This document shows, piece after piece, positions 9,857-18,853 of a stretch of 39,236 bases of DNA. The notes under the pieces are model-generated. The model ran no database searches, was not told the DNA's origin, and saw only the letters and a program-made list of their open reading frames with translations. Origin of the DNA: a virus; IMG/VR virus record IMGVR_UViG_3300028453_000006; one strand, written 5' to 3'. Within the stretch, counting starts at the first letter, position 1; each line of letters opens with the position of its first letter. The position numbers and the translations under genes are program-made.

Positions 9857-10744
9857 TTATTCTCCTGCGACTACGTTAGTAACTTTGACAATAGCTTTCT
9901 TGTTGTCGTCGAGTGTGTATGTTCCACCTTTAGCAGCACCTTGCAATTGAACGCCGTCAAAATCAACAGACTCAATAGTACGTGTTGTTGAAATACCAAC
10001 AAACGGCAAGACGATTTTGTCTGGTGAGAAGATTGCTTGTGTTCCTTCTGCAAAATATTGCGCTGGTGTTTCTACTAAGTCAAAGCCTTTGTAACGATAC
10101 AGACCGTTTTCATCTAGAGACACGCTAGAACCTTTAGAAGTATTTGTTGATTGCATGTCAACAATCGCATTGTAAAGGTCAGGTTGCAAATAAGCTGTTA
10201 CTGGCGCTGTCACCTCGTTATTGACGTAGTAAGTATTGATTGCGTTAAACAAAGCTTTTACAGACGCCTCAGAGAAATCAGCTAACTGCTCTGATTTTCC
10301 AGCGTTATCTGACAAGTATTGTCCGATACGCTTATTCATCTGACGTACTTTAGCTTCCGACTGCAATTTCAAACGGTCTGCAATAGCAGCGTTAAAGTCA
10401 TTGTTGACTGTGTAGCGGTCAATTCCTTCGTGGATGGTCATTGTGTAGTCATACGGCACATTTGTGTTGGCGTATTTGACTTCCGTCATCTTTCCAAAAC
10501 GAGATTTAGCACCAGAACCATCGCCGAAACCACCGTCATTGCCACCTGTTTTATATTCACCGATTACAACAGGCGTACCATTTGTTTTAAGAGAAAATGC
10601 TGTGTCATTTTCTTGCACACCGTCCAAGACTTGAATAGGAGCAAGTGCTCCTGCGAATGCGGCTTTTACGCCAAAAGCAGCAGATAGAATACCTGCAAAT
10701 TGTTTTTCATAGCGACGAACCGCAAGATTTTGATTTGTTGGCAT
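9857..10744 (-). CDS. Major capsid protein
   Basis: ORF track. A 295-aa protein directly after the scaffold gene, preceded by a strong RBS (AAGGAGA). Confidence 0.85.
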   Translation of the reverse strand: MPTNQNLAVRRYEKQFAGILSAAFGVKAAFAGALAPIQVLDGVQENDTAFSLKTNGTPVVIGEYKTGGNDGGFGDGSGAKSRFGKMTEVKYANTNVPYDYTMTIHEGIDRYTVNNDFNAAIADRLKLQSEAKVRQMNKRIGQYLSDNAGKSEQLADFSEASVKALFNAINTYYVNNEVTAPVTAYLQPDLYNAIVDMQSTNTSKGSSVSLDENGLYRYKGFDLVETPAQYFAEGTQAIFSPDKIVLPFVGISTTRTIESVDFDGVQLQGAAKGGTYTLDDNKKAIVKVTNVVAGE

Positions 10745-10758
10745 GTTAGTCTCCTTTC

Positions 10759-11325
10759 CTATTTGCCGTAGCTATCAATAATCGCTTGAAACGGGTCAAC
10801 AGTCCCGCTGGGATTACCTGCTGGGTTACCAGTAGCAAAAATGCTTGGATTAGGTGTGCCATCTTCTTCTGGTTTAAACAAGTAAGCATCACTTTCTTTC
10901 AAACCGTTGATAACATCGTCTAATTTAGGCTTGCCATCTTCACCCATTTCAATCGCATCAACATCGATGAATTTCATTAATTTTTCTGGATTGTAGGCAT
11001 TTGTGTCCTTTAAAGCTAAATTGATAGCATTGATTTTTTGTGTCATTGCAAGTTCTGCTTCAGCATCAGCTTTGAATTTGTCATATTCAGCTTGCAATTT
11101 ATCAAGTGCTTCTTTTTGTTCGGCACTTGTATTCGCATCAGCTTTCAATGTTTCAATCTGTGTCTCAGCATTTTGCAATTGGTTTTTAAGACTGTCTCGC
11201 TCTTGCGTGATAGTGTCCAAAGCTGATTTAGTTTCATTCAAATCTTTGCCATGCAAAGTAAAAACTTCTTTAGCTTGTTCATCTGTCAATCCAAGATTGA
11301 TAAGGTCATCTTTTGTAAATGGCAT
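10759..11325 (-). CDS. Scaffolding protein (GP20-like coiled coil)
   Basis: ORF track. Acidic and helical (LKNQLQNAETQIETLKADAN...). RBS AGGAGG. Lies upstream of the capsid gene. Confidence 0.8.
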   Translation of the reverse strand: MPFTKDDLINLGLTDEQAKEVFTLHGKDLNETKSALDTITQERDSLKNQLQNAETQIETLKADANTSAEQKEALDKLQAEYDKFKADAEAELAMTQKINAINLALKDTNAYNPEKLMKFIDVDAIEMGEDGKPKLDDVINGLKESDAYLFKPEEDGTPNPSIFATGNPAGNPSGTVDPFQAIIDSYGK

Positions 11326-11439
11326 TTTGTCCTCCTAGTCCTTTTTGTAGGTGGCTAACCCCCACCACAAAGGTAAAATCTTATTTACTTCTTCAGTTTA
11401 CCCTTGAACTAAGCGGACTTTTTACGCTTTTTAAGACAC

Positions 11440-11468
11440 AAAAAAAGCACCTAGATTTTTCTAGGTGC
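11440..11468 (-). terminator. Rho-independent terminator inside the morphogenesis cluster
   Basis: Minus-strand RNA GCACCUAG-AAAAAU-CUAGGUGC followed by U7. Confidence 0.8.
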
Positions 11469-11488
11469 AATTCATAAAAATAACTTTA

Positions 11489-11692
11489 TCAAATCACTTC
11501 AATTGACTTTATTTCATTTTCAAAAAAACTAACAACGCCATTTCTTTGTTCTGATGGTTTTAAAATTAATTCGTCGTACTCTGTGTCGTTGTTTATTGCA
11601 TAGTCTAAGCCAATGACTCTACCTTGCCACTCAGCGTTATCGATATCTATAATTTTTACGTTTTTTTGTACGAATTTTTTCATTTTGTGCAT
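11489..11692 (-). CDS. Small protein downstream of MuF (67 aa); candidate immunity/partner protein
   Basis: ORF track. GGGAG RBS. Starts 4 nt after the MuF stop and is followed by a terminator. Confidence 0.65.
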   Translation of the reverse strand: MHKMKKFVQKNVKIIDIDNAEWQGRVIGLDYAINNDTEYDELILKPSEQRNGVVSFFENEIKSIEVI

Positions 11693-11695
11693 GTT

Positions 11696-13339
11696 TTAAT
11701 CTCCCTTGTCATCAATTGGCACTATATGCACGCCTTTTTTACCATACATTATCTTAAAGGTACGAGTTAATTCAATTTGACCATTTTTTTCTGGCATATT
11801 AAAACCTACAAAATCAGAAATAGAAATAATTTCTTGGTTTCGCCACCTATTCTTACGATCTCTTTGAATAGAACCAGTTCCAGCGTACTTATTAACTAAC
11901 TCTTGAGCATCTACACCATCAAGTAAATAACTTCTTCCTGGTTTATAGTCATGATGTCCTAAAATATGTTTGTTTTGCTGACCGTTTAATTTAAGATTGT
12001 ACTCTCCTGAACGTATACGTTCTTGGAGTTTCAAATCTTTGTATTCTCTAGTGTCATTATACTTCATTTCCAAAAATTCTGCCATTGATTTAGGCGCTTT
12101 TGAGCCGAATTGAGACACTAATTTTCTGTATTCTTTCTCCTGTGTCTTATGCAATGTCTTATTAACGTCAGCGCTTGTTTTAGCAAGTGTTTTCTCTGTA
12201 CTAAACAATCTTTCTCGTGAATAGTCACGATGCAAGAAATCGTGCTGATCAACATAAGCACGCATCTTACCTTGTAAGTTTCTAAGTTTTAAGCGTTCAG
12301 ATGTGATAAGTTCATCATCTCCCAATTGATTAGCAATGTGTAGGCGCTCTTTTTGGTTTCTGATAGCACGTTCAAGCGCTCGCTGTTTAGCTTGTATGCG
12401 TGCATTTTCTTCTGCCTGCTCAGGCGTTAAGTCTTTTAGATGGTCTGGGTCTTCTGGTAGCTCATTGACCCCGATAATAAAAGGTGTCAAATAATGCCCA
12501 CAATGCACACCCAAACACCCACCAGCATAACCATAGCCGTAATCAGACAACGCAAGCACCTTGACCCCTTGCTCTGTGTGTGTCGTGCCTTCCATTGTTA
12601 CTATACGACCCTGCAAAGGCGCACACATTTCTCTTGCTGTAGCTTTCTTTGAGTAGTAATAAGTGTCAATACCTATTTCTTTTGCTGGTGCTGTTCGCAT
12701 TTCGTTATAGACTCTAAACGTTGTTGTTTTGATAACCGCTCTAGCATACGCATCAGCTCGCCACTCTCTGCCGCCTTTATCGACAAAACCTGTAAAATTC
12801 TTCTTTTGCCATTTCATGATAGTGTCACGAATAGCTTTATCAGCTGATTTTGAACTGATAACCACTTCGGCTACGGACTTCTCAATAATTGATTTGTATG
12901 TTTTTTGGATTGACTTCGGCAAAGTCGTATTGATAAGGTTCAAATCACTAATCGCTTGCGATGTGTAAGCTTCAAGGCTATCTGTCACGCCGTTGGCAAT
13001 ATATTCACCATCTCTCCTACCTAAATCCTCTGCAAGTTGCTGTTTAGTGTCTTTGTAAACCTTTAATCCTTCGTTAGCTATAACGTCACGTAACAAGTCC
13101 TCTGCTATGCCTGTACGTTCAGTGATAATTTTCAAGTTTTCTTCGTTTAGCATGTGCATATCATTCAACTTTTGCATTTGCCAAATGTATGGATTTTCTT
13201 GCAAATCAGCACTACCACGAACAATTAAACGCTTGATCATATTATCAAAGAGTTCTTGCTGCATCTGAGCGTAAATATCGCTAACTCCTTGCATCTGCAA
13301 AGAGAATTGCTGGTCATTTAAGACTGGTCTCTTACTCAT
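11696..13339 (-). CDS. Minor head protein, SPP1 gp7/MuF family, with an extended toxin-like C-terminal domain
   Basis: ORF track. MuF core (...GGREWRADAYARAVIKTTTFRVYNEMR...CAPLQGRIV) lies after the portal gene. The C-terminal ~100 aa carry KHILGHHDY...GVHIVP motifs. Confidence 0.85.
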   Translation of the reverse strand: MSKRPVLNDQQFSLQMQGVSDIYAQMQQELFDNMIKRLIVRGSADLQENPYIWQMQKLNDMHMLNEENLKIITERTGIAEDLLRDVIANEGLKVYKDTKQQLAEDLGRRDGEYIANGVTDSLEAYTSQAISDLNLINTTLPKSIQKTYKSIIEKSVAEVVISSKSADKAIRDTIMKWQKKNFTGFVDKGGREWRADAYARAVIKTTTFRVYNEMRTAPAKEIGIDTYYYSKKATAREMCAPLQGRIVTMEGTTHTEQGVKVLALSDYGYGYAGGCLGVHCGHYLTPFIIGVNELPEDPDHLKDLTPEQAEENARIQAKQRALERAIRNQKERLHIANQLGDDELITSERLKLRNLQGKMRAYVDQHDFLHRDYSRERLFSTEKTLAKTSADVNKTLHKTQEKEYRKLVSQFGSKAPKSMAEFLEMKYNDTREYKDLKLQERIRSGEYNLKLNGQQNKHILGHHDYKPGRSYLLDGVDAQELVNKYAGTGSIQRDRKNRWRNQEIISISDFVGFNMPEKNGQIELTRTFKIMYGKKGVHIVPIDDKGD

Positions 13340-14882
13340 CGTCTTCCTCTACTCGTTTTCTGCCATAAAGCGCTAAGTCTGCATCGTTTTCTGGCGGTAA
13401 TTCCCCATTGATTTCAGCTAGATAGTCTTTAGCTTCTTCTTCGGACACATTCAATGTTTTCTGGATGCCTAAACGTTGTGGTGCAAAGCCTGCTGATACC
13501 ATCTGCATCCAATAAGCAAGCTCTGCGTTTCGGTCTGTAAAGACACCGTCGTCAAGATTGACTGAAATGTCTTCTAGCTCTGGTATTTCGCCCTTGTACA
13601 GACCTGTAGCCTTACCGAGTTCGCAAATAGACACACACAACTCTTTGATTGATTGCTCAACAAGAGCAGCAATACTATTACGCATTTGATATGTGTCACT
13701 GTTCTCGCTAACTACTTCAGTAGCTGTCTTCATGCTCTTACCGTCAAAGGAGAACATGCCAGCAGACACGCCAATCTGCATCTCAAACAGTTTCAGACCT
13801 TCTGAAATGGCTGTAATGTAGTCGTTTGAGCGGATAGGTGTAGTAATGTCCTTGATGTTGTTAGCGTCCATATTACCACCGCCCAACTGCGTATAGACGT
13901 TTTGGTCCGTCTCAAAGCGTCGTTTGAAAGTGATTGAGCCATCTTCTCGCTGTGCTGTTAGTTTCGCCATTTGTTCAGGGATAATAACACGACGTTGACC
14001 CATTCGGACTTCCCACATAAACTCATCATAAGTACGATTGATAAAGTCAATTGTAGTTTTTGCATTGTCAAAGATTGATAAACCAAGCGGACTGTTGATG
14101 TCTTTGTTGTTCATTCCTGGAGTTTTAAGGTATGTAAACAATGGACGTGATAAGTCTTTAAACATCGTTACTGGTTCAAGGTCTGGATACAATTCAGACA
14201 AGTTCACACGTTGACCTAATACGTCGCTAATTTCCGACTTGTAAAGCTCGTTAGTAATGCGATAAAAGCTCTTATCTTTCGTACTTCCTTGCTCGTTTCC
14301 GTCCGCTGTCACCCACTCGTGAAACTCTACGAGTGTGTAATACACGTTTTTTCTGCCTTCTGACTTGATTGTTTTAGTCAAGATAGCAGCATTCGACACA
14401 TCTTGCGTATTTGATTGCAACGGCAAGAATACTGGTGCTTGAACGAATGCTACACGAATTCTGTCACCGTCAACATACGGACGCATGGCAAGACCACCCA
14501 ACGCCAAACCGCTTTCCAAATAGCGCTCAAAATTCTTGTTAAAGCGGTCATTGTCAAGCGTGTAGCTGATGAACTCATCAACTGATTTGTTGTCTGATGT
14601 GATTTCTGCTTGTTCGTTATAAACCAAGCTAGCAATCTTTTTCGATGCTGTTCGTGCAATCGGCAAATGATTAAACTTGCGACGTTTCACATCACCCTCG
14701 CTGTTAATATATTCGACGTCATCAAATTTAGATTGATAGTAAGTTAGATTGTGTTGAATACGACTGTACTCCTCTTGACTAACTGCGATTTTTGGATGAT
14801 CAAGAATACTGTTTAAATTTGAAGTCTGCATGTTATACCTCCCACGATTAAAGAAATCTTTTACTTTTTGGATTAGACCCAT
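13332..14882 (-). CDS. Portal protein (SPP1 Gp6 type)
   Basis: ORF track. 516 aa with a GGAGG RBS, between TerL and MuF. Confidence 0.9.
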   Translation of the reverse strand: MGLIQKVKDFFNRGRYNMQTSNLNSILDHPKIAVSQEEYSRIQHNLTYYQSKFDDVEYINSEGDVKRRKFNHLPIARTASKKIASLVYNEQAEITSDNKSVDEFISYTLDNDRFNKNFERYLESGLALGGLAMRPYVDGDRIRVAFVQAPVFLPLQSNTQDVSNAAILTKTIKSEGRKNVYYTLVEFHEWVTADGNEQGSTKDKSFYRITNELYKSEISDVLGQRVNLSELYPDLEPVTMFKDLSRPLFTYLKTPGMNNKDINSPLGLSIFDNAKTTIDFINRTYDEFMWEVRMGQRRVIIPEQMAKLTAQREDGSITFKRRFETDQNVYTQLGGGNMDANNIKDITTPIRSNDYITAISEGLKLFEMQIGVSAGMFSFDGKSMKTATEVVSENSDTYQMRNSIAALVEQSIKELCVSICELGKATGLYKGEIPELEDISVNLDDGVFTDRNAELAYWMQMVSAGFAPQRLGIQKTLNVSEEEAKDYLAEINGELPPENDADLALYGRKRVEEDDE

Positions 14883-14891
14883 ATTGTCCTC

Positions 14892-16202
14892 CTAACTGTT
14901 TCCGACACGTAAGCCAAGGATTTTAGCGTTGTCCAAGGCAAAATACTGCGATACGTCGCATGTGTGGTCATCTTCTTTGATGACGTTTGGATTATCTGAC
15001 TGGATTGTCTTCTCATCCCAACGATACATACGATGCTCTTCGATAAATATCTTATTGGCTTCCGTGTCCAAGTAATAAAAACGCCCTTGAGCAAGCAACG
15101 ACTGAAAGCTGTCAATCATTGTCACTTTTTTAAGTTTGGCTACTGGATGCCAACGAATAGCAAAGTCTAAATACATTTGGTTTCGTAAAGCGCCCTCTGC
15201 GCTATCGATTGTGTACTGTAGCACTTGCACTCTGTACTTATCCACAATTGAACGAGTAAAACTGTGTATATCTTGCGATAATTGACTAGGCGCTTTCTTG
15301 ACTACTTTCCCTGCTGGTGAATAGTAGTAAGTATCAAGCAAGATAACGTTACCTTTTGCCGTGATGCCAAACGCACCGCAAGCTGTTGCTGACTGCTGAT
15401 GCCCACCGTCAAGCGCAAATGATATTCCGATTAGTCTGTCATCACTTGGTAAACTATCCAACGGATGGAACGTGCTCATGTTATATACGTTGTTTCCAAG
15501 TCCGACTGGCTCGCCCAGGTAGATATATCTGTAATAGTCAAAGTCATTAGCTTTAATACGTTCGATGTCTTTTAGCATCTGCTCAGTGACAAAGCCCAGC
15601 TCATCATCAAGATAGCTAGATGAGTGGCAAAGATACTCATCACGTATTTTCATGGTTTCAAACCACTTGTTAATCCAACTGTATGGATTACGTGGCGGGT
15701 TATAGGACCAAAAGAACTGCACGCATTTAGCTTTTGCATGTTTCTGGCGCATGAAAGTAACATTTGACTGGTCAAAATCTTCTTCGCTGTCAAATTCGGC
15801 TGCCTCTTCGTACCAAACCGCAATAATATTCCCGATATCGTTTGATTTCAGCTTTTGAAAGTCGTCCTGACCGTAAAAATAGAACGTTGACCCTGTCTTT
15901 TTATGAATAATCTTAAACGGGCTAACAGTCGTCTTAAAACCGCCGAAAACGCCGTACAGTTGCAACGCCCATTGTATTTTATTGAATACACTGTCACGGA
16001 TTGTATTGGCTACTTTACGAATAATAACAACGTTAGCTGTGTCGCCCTTTTTGATGTATTTAATCATCATGTAGACAAGTTTCAGTGCAATTACTGATGA
16101 TTTAAACGAGTTACGTCCACCTTTTAAAATGTTGTATGGTTCGCTTGATATCCAAACAGGCTTAAAATGTGGATTGACGTTTTTCTGTACATTAAATATC
16201 AT
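14892..16202 (-). CDS. terL: Terminase large subunit (PBSX/Terminase_3-like)
   Basis: Start moved to the ATG at 16202 (MIFNVQKN...), with GGAGG 6 nt upstream. Contains ILKGGRNSFKSS (Walker A-like). Overlaps the TerS end. Confidence 0.9.
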   Translation of the reverse strand: MIFNVQKNVNPHFKPVWISSEPYNILKGGRNSFKSSVIALKLVYMMIKYIKKGDTANVVIIRKVANTIRDSVFNKIQWALQLYGVFGGFKTTVSPFKIIHKKTGSTFYFYGQDDFQKLKSNDIGNIIAVWYEEAAEFDSEEDFDQSNVTFMRQKHAKAKCVQFFWSYNPPRNPYSWINKWFETMKIRDEYLCHSSSYLDDELGFVTEQMLKDIERIKANDFDYYRYIYLGEPVGLGNNVYNMSTFHPLDSLPSDDRLIGISFALDGGHQQSATACGAFGITAKGNVILLDTYYYSPAGKVVKKAPSQLSQDIHSFTRSIVDKYRVQVLQYTIDSAEGALRNQMYLDFAIRWHPVAKLKKVTMIDSFQSLLAQGRFYYLDTEANKIFIEEHRMYRWDEKTIQSDNPNVIKEDDHTCDVSQYFALDNAKILGLRVGNS

Positions 16203-16674
16203 CGTCAACCTCCTCAGCCCACTCATCAACAATGATGATTTGGTCATCTTGCGCTTCGTTAGCGTTGACTTGTTCACGTAATTTAGTCAATTCAAGCTCT
16301 AATTTTTCAGCTTGCTTAGCAGTTGGATAACGTTTCAAGATTTCCGTAATAGCTTTGATGACTGTTGCATTATCTGCTTTCTTCCTGAGCCTTTTGACTT
16401 CACCTGTAACTGGGTTCATCATCAAAACTTCTTCATCACGATTTCCTCTGGCAATGTCTGATAGTATACTCAACGCCTCTTCAGCATCCATGATGTTTTT
16501 CTTGTGTAATTCAGAAAGTTGATCATCAATGTACGCTCGAATTTTAGTATTTTTTAGTAGCTTATCAGCATTAGCGCCTGCATATTTCTCAGAATATCCA
16601 GCATTAATTGCTGCTTTCGTTGCATTTCCTAGCTTGATAAATTCATCTGCAAATCGTTTCTGACGTTCATTCAT
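16192..16674 (-). CDS. terS: Terminase small subunit (Terminase_2-like HTH)
   Basis: ATG at 16674 (MNERQKRFADEFIKLGNATKAAINAGYSEKYA...) after AAAGGAGAGG. Confidence 0.88.
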   Translation of the reverse strand: MNERQKRFADEFIKLGNATKAAINAGYSEKYAGANADKLLKNTKIRAYIDDQLSELHKKNIMDAEEALSILSDIARGNRDEEVLMMNPVTGEVKRLRKKADNATVIKAITEILKRYPTAKQAEKLELELTKLREQVNANEAQDDQIIIVDEWAEEVDDDI

Positions 16675-16690
16675 TACCTCTCCTTTCACA

Positions 16691-16720
16691 CAAAAAAATC
16701 ACGAGTCTTAACTCATGATT
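16691..16720 (-). terminator. Rho-independent terminator between the late-activator gene and terS
   Basis: Minus-strand RNA AAUCAUGAG-UUAAGA-CUCGUGAUU (9 bp including one G.U) followed by U7. Confidence 0.75.
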
Positions 16721-16755
16721 TCATTGTAATATCAAAGAAAAGGGATTTTTTACTG

Positions 16756-17136
16756 TTATTTCCTCAAAGGTAAATATTTGTATGTTGAATAGAAATAGTT
16801 ATCAAACCACCGATTAAGATCCTTGTATGCTTTTGTTGTTCCTGAAAAATAAATCATTTGACAAGCTCCGACAATGTTTATCGACTCATAAACATAGACT
16901 TCTTTAATCATTTTCAGCAATCGCTCGTCAGTTTTCGCTACGATTTCGTTTGTGACTGTAATCAAGTTGACATAAAAAGCTGCACCGTCTTTTTTATTTT
17001 CTAAAAAAGCATTGTGTATTTTTTGCTCCAAAATCGTCTTCTTAGGATTAGCTTTGTCTCTTAAAAAATACCACTTCAACCACATGATTTCCCTTCTGTG
17101 AATTACTGATAGTCTTTCAATTTTAGTCAGCGCCAT
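16756..17136 (-). CDS. Putative late-gene transcriptional activator (ArpU/RinA/DUF1492-like)
   Basis: ORF track. A 126-aa protein at the conserved position just upstream of terS. The family assignment is tentative. Confidence 0.55.
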   Translation of the reverse strand: MALTKIERLSVIHRREIMWLKWYFLRDKANPKKTILEQKIHNAFLENKKDGAAFYVNLITVTNEIVAKTDERLLKMIKEVYVYESINIVGACQMIYFSGTTKAYKDLNRWFDNYFYSTYKYLPLRK

Positions 17137-17155
17137 AACTTCACCTTAAACTATT

Positions 17156-17371
17156 TTAATCACTGTAGATCGTCATCCATTCTTCTTTCGGGATGACCTT
17201 ACCGCATTTCGTGCATTTAACACCTTCTACCTCGTAAGTTCCTGTGAAAAATATTTTATGGATAGTCGTTCTCACATAATGATGTTTACAAAAGAAACGA
17301 CGTACACCCAGCTTGAATTGGCTATTTGTTTCCTTGATTACGTATTTTAAAGCTTCCCAATAATCAAACAT
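17156..17371 (-). CDS. Small Cys-containing (zinc-ribbon-like) protein
   Basis: Start moved to the ATG at 17371 after GAGGAGG. Contains CKHH...CTKCGK. Confidence 0.6.
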   Translation of the reverse strand: MFDYWEALKYVIKETNSQFKLGVRRFFCKHHYVRTTIHKIFFTGTYEVEGVKCTKCGKVIPKEEWMTIYSD

Positions 17372-17918
17372 TATCCTTTTCCTCCTCAATTGTCAGCACA
17401 AATCTGTAATAACCTTTTTTCCCGCTCAATCCGCCTAGCTGAAATTTAGTGGATTTAATCACATTATCATTGTCATCCGTCCAAATTCCAGCCTCTGTCA
17501 TGCCATCCACTAAAGGTTTGACCGTCGGATAAAGATTGGGCGTGTCTAATCTTCGTCTTGTCGGTTTGTAAACTGTAACCGTTAAATGACACGGTCTTTT
17601 TGGACTAAATGGCAACATGTGCTTATCTTTTTTGGCTTTAGTCTCATAAGCTGCTAGCTTTCTAATCCTGCTCACCATGTGACCTGTAACTTTATTATGG
17701 TCTCTGTCATTCGAATTAATGACCATATTCAGCTTTTTGTTTTTTGTATTTCTTGGCAACCAAAACTCAAATTTTGTGTTCTCGTTGTCTTCCGACTCGA
17801 TTAACACAACACCACAATCAGCACAATAATAATTGCCTGGTTTTTCGGGAAATGACTCTAAATCTGCCAATTCTTTCCATTCATAGCAATCAGCACAAAA
17901 TATTCTTTTAATGTTCAT
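17364..17918 (-). CDS. rusA: RusA-like Holliday junction resolvase with an N-terminal CxxC...CxxC zinc-ribbon extension
   Basis: Start moved to the ATG at 17918 (MNIKRIFCADC...). The C-terminal part RRRLDTPNLYPTVKPLVDGMTEAGIWTDDND fits the RusA DxDN...D...DD pattern. Confidence 0.7.
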   Translation of the reverse strand: MNIKRIFCADCYEWKELADLESFPEKPGNYYCADCGVVLIESEDNENTKFEFWLPRNTKNKKLNMVINSNDRDHNKVTGHMVSRIRKLAAYETKAKKDKHMLPFSPKRPCHLTVTVYKPTRRRLDTPNLYPTVKPLVDGMTEAGIWTDDNDNVIKSTKFQLGGLSGKKGYYRFVLTIEEEKDNV

Positions 17919-18114
17919 GTTCAACCTCTTCCTCGAACTTGATATATATAATATTCTGTGGATTGATAATAACCCCGTTTTTGCCGACCCACGGACGCCC
18001 TTTCTTGATGCATTTTCCAAATTCGTAATTCAAACGATTTTTCTGACGTTCTGTCACTCCAGGCGCTCCGAACTCGCTGCCATCGCTTAAATGAATTATC
18101 ATTTCGTATGTCAT
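17908..18114 (-). CDS. Hypothetical protein (68 aa)
   Basis: ORF track. Translationally coupled to both neighbours. Confidence 0.6.
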   Translation of the reverse strand: MTYEMIIHLSDGSEFGAPGVTERQKNRLNYEFGKCIKKGRPWVGKNGVIINPQNIIYIKFEEEVEHEH

Positions 18115-18257
18115 TCTTTCACCTCATCTCTGCTCACAAGCTTGATTTCAAGTCTTGCTTTAAGCCCATTGATCTCAAAATCTACTTCAGCATAGTTTGT
18201 GTTGTCTTCAGCCATAGCATGTAACACATCTACTAATGTTATCTCGTTAATTTTCAT
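18111..18257 (-). CDS. Hypothetical small protein (48 aa; below the ORF-track cutoff)
   Basis: My own translation: MKINEITLVDVLHAMAEDNTNYAEVDFEINGLKARLEIKLVSRDEVKE. Its stop overlaps the next ATG (ATGA) and it fills an otherwise empty gap. Confidence 0.5.
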   Translation of the reverse strand: MKINEITLVDVLHAMAEDNTNYAEVDFEINGLKARLEIKLVSRDEVKE

Positions 18258-18483
18258 ACTCAACTCCTAAATCTTCAAGCTCTTTCCTAATTTCAACCAT
18301 ATAGCCTAAAATGGCTCCAGTAATCTTTTGGCTTAGTCGTTTGCTTCTAGGCAGCTCATACTCATGGACTCGCATAAATGATACACATTTGATTGAACTA
18401 ATCCTATGTGAAGCAACTATGCCATCTAATAAGTCATATTCTGATTTTAGTTTATTAACTCTCTTTAAATCAGTTATTTTCAT
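18247..18483 (-). CDS. Hypothetical protein (78 aa), paralogue of the C-terminal half of the upstream gene
   Basis: ORF track. Shares the ending ...ELEDLGVEYEN with ...LKELGVEYENN. Confidence 0.6.
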   Translation of the reverse strand: MKITDLKRVNKLKSEYDLLDGIVASHRISSIKCVSFMRVHEYELPRSKRLSQKITGAILGYMVEIRKELEDLGVEYEN

Positions 18484-18853
18484 ACTCTACCCCCAACTCT
18501 TTCAATTCTGCTTTTAATTCATCAGCATAGCCTTCAAATACTTTTTGGATTCTCTTCTCAATTTCACCGTCAATATGCACGTAATCAATTTTTCCATTCG
18601 GGTGTTTTATCCTGATATTGCAAAGCTCGCTTTCAGCTATCACTTCTAAATTTTTTAGGTCTTTGACAAGTATATTCGCTCGCTCTAACTCTTCCAGATT
18701 CATCTTGGTTTTATCAGATTCTTCAAGCTGTTCAGCGGTTTTCATCGCATAAATGAGCCCACTATTGAATGCAGCTGCCCATTCACCATTGTTACTACGC
18801 TCGGTATCTTTGAGCTCTCCTTGTAATTTAGCTAAAAATTTTTTCAGATTCAT
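18470..18853 (-). CDS. Hypothetical protein (127 aa)
   Basis: ORF track. Confidence 0.6.
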   Translation of the reverse strand: MNLKKFLAKLQGELKDTERSNNGEWAAAFNSGLIYAMKTAEQLEESDKTKMNLEELERANILVKDLKNLEVIAESELCNIRIKHPNGKIDYVHIDGEIEKRIQKVFEGYADELKAELKELGVEYENN

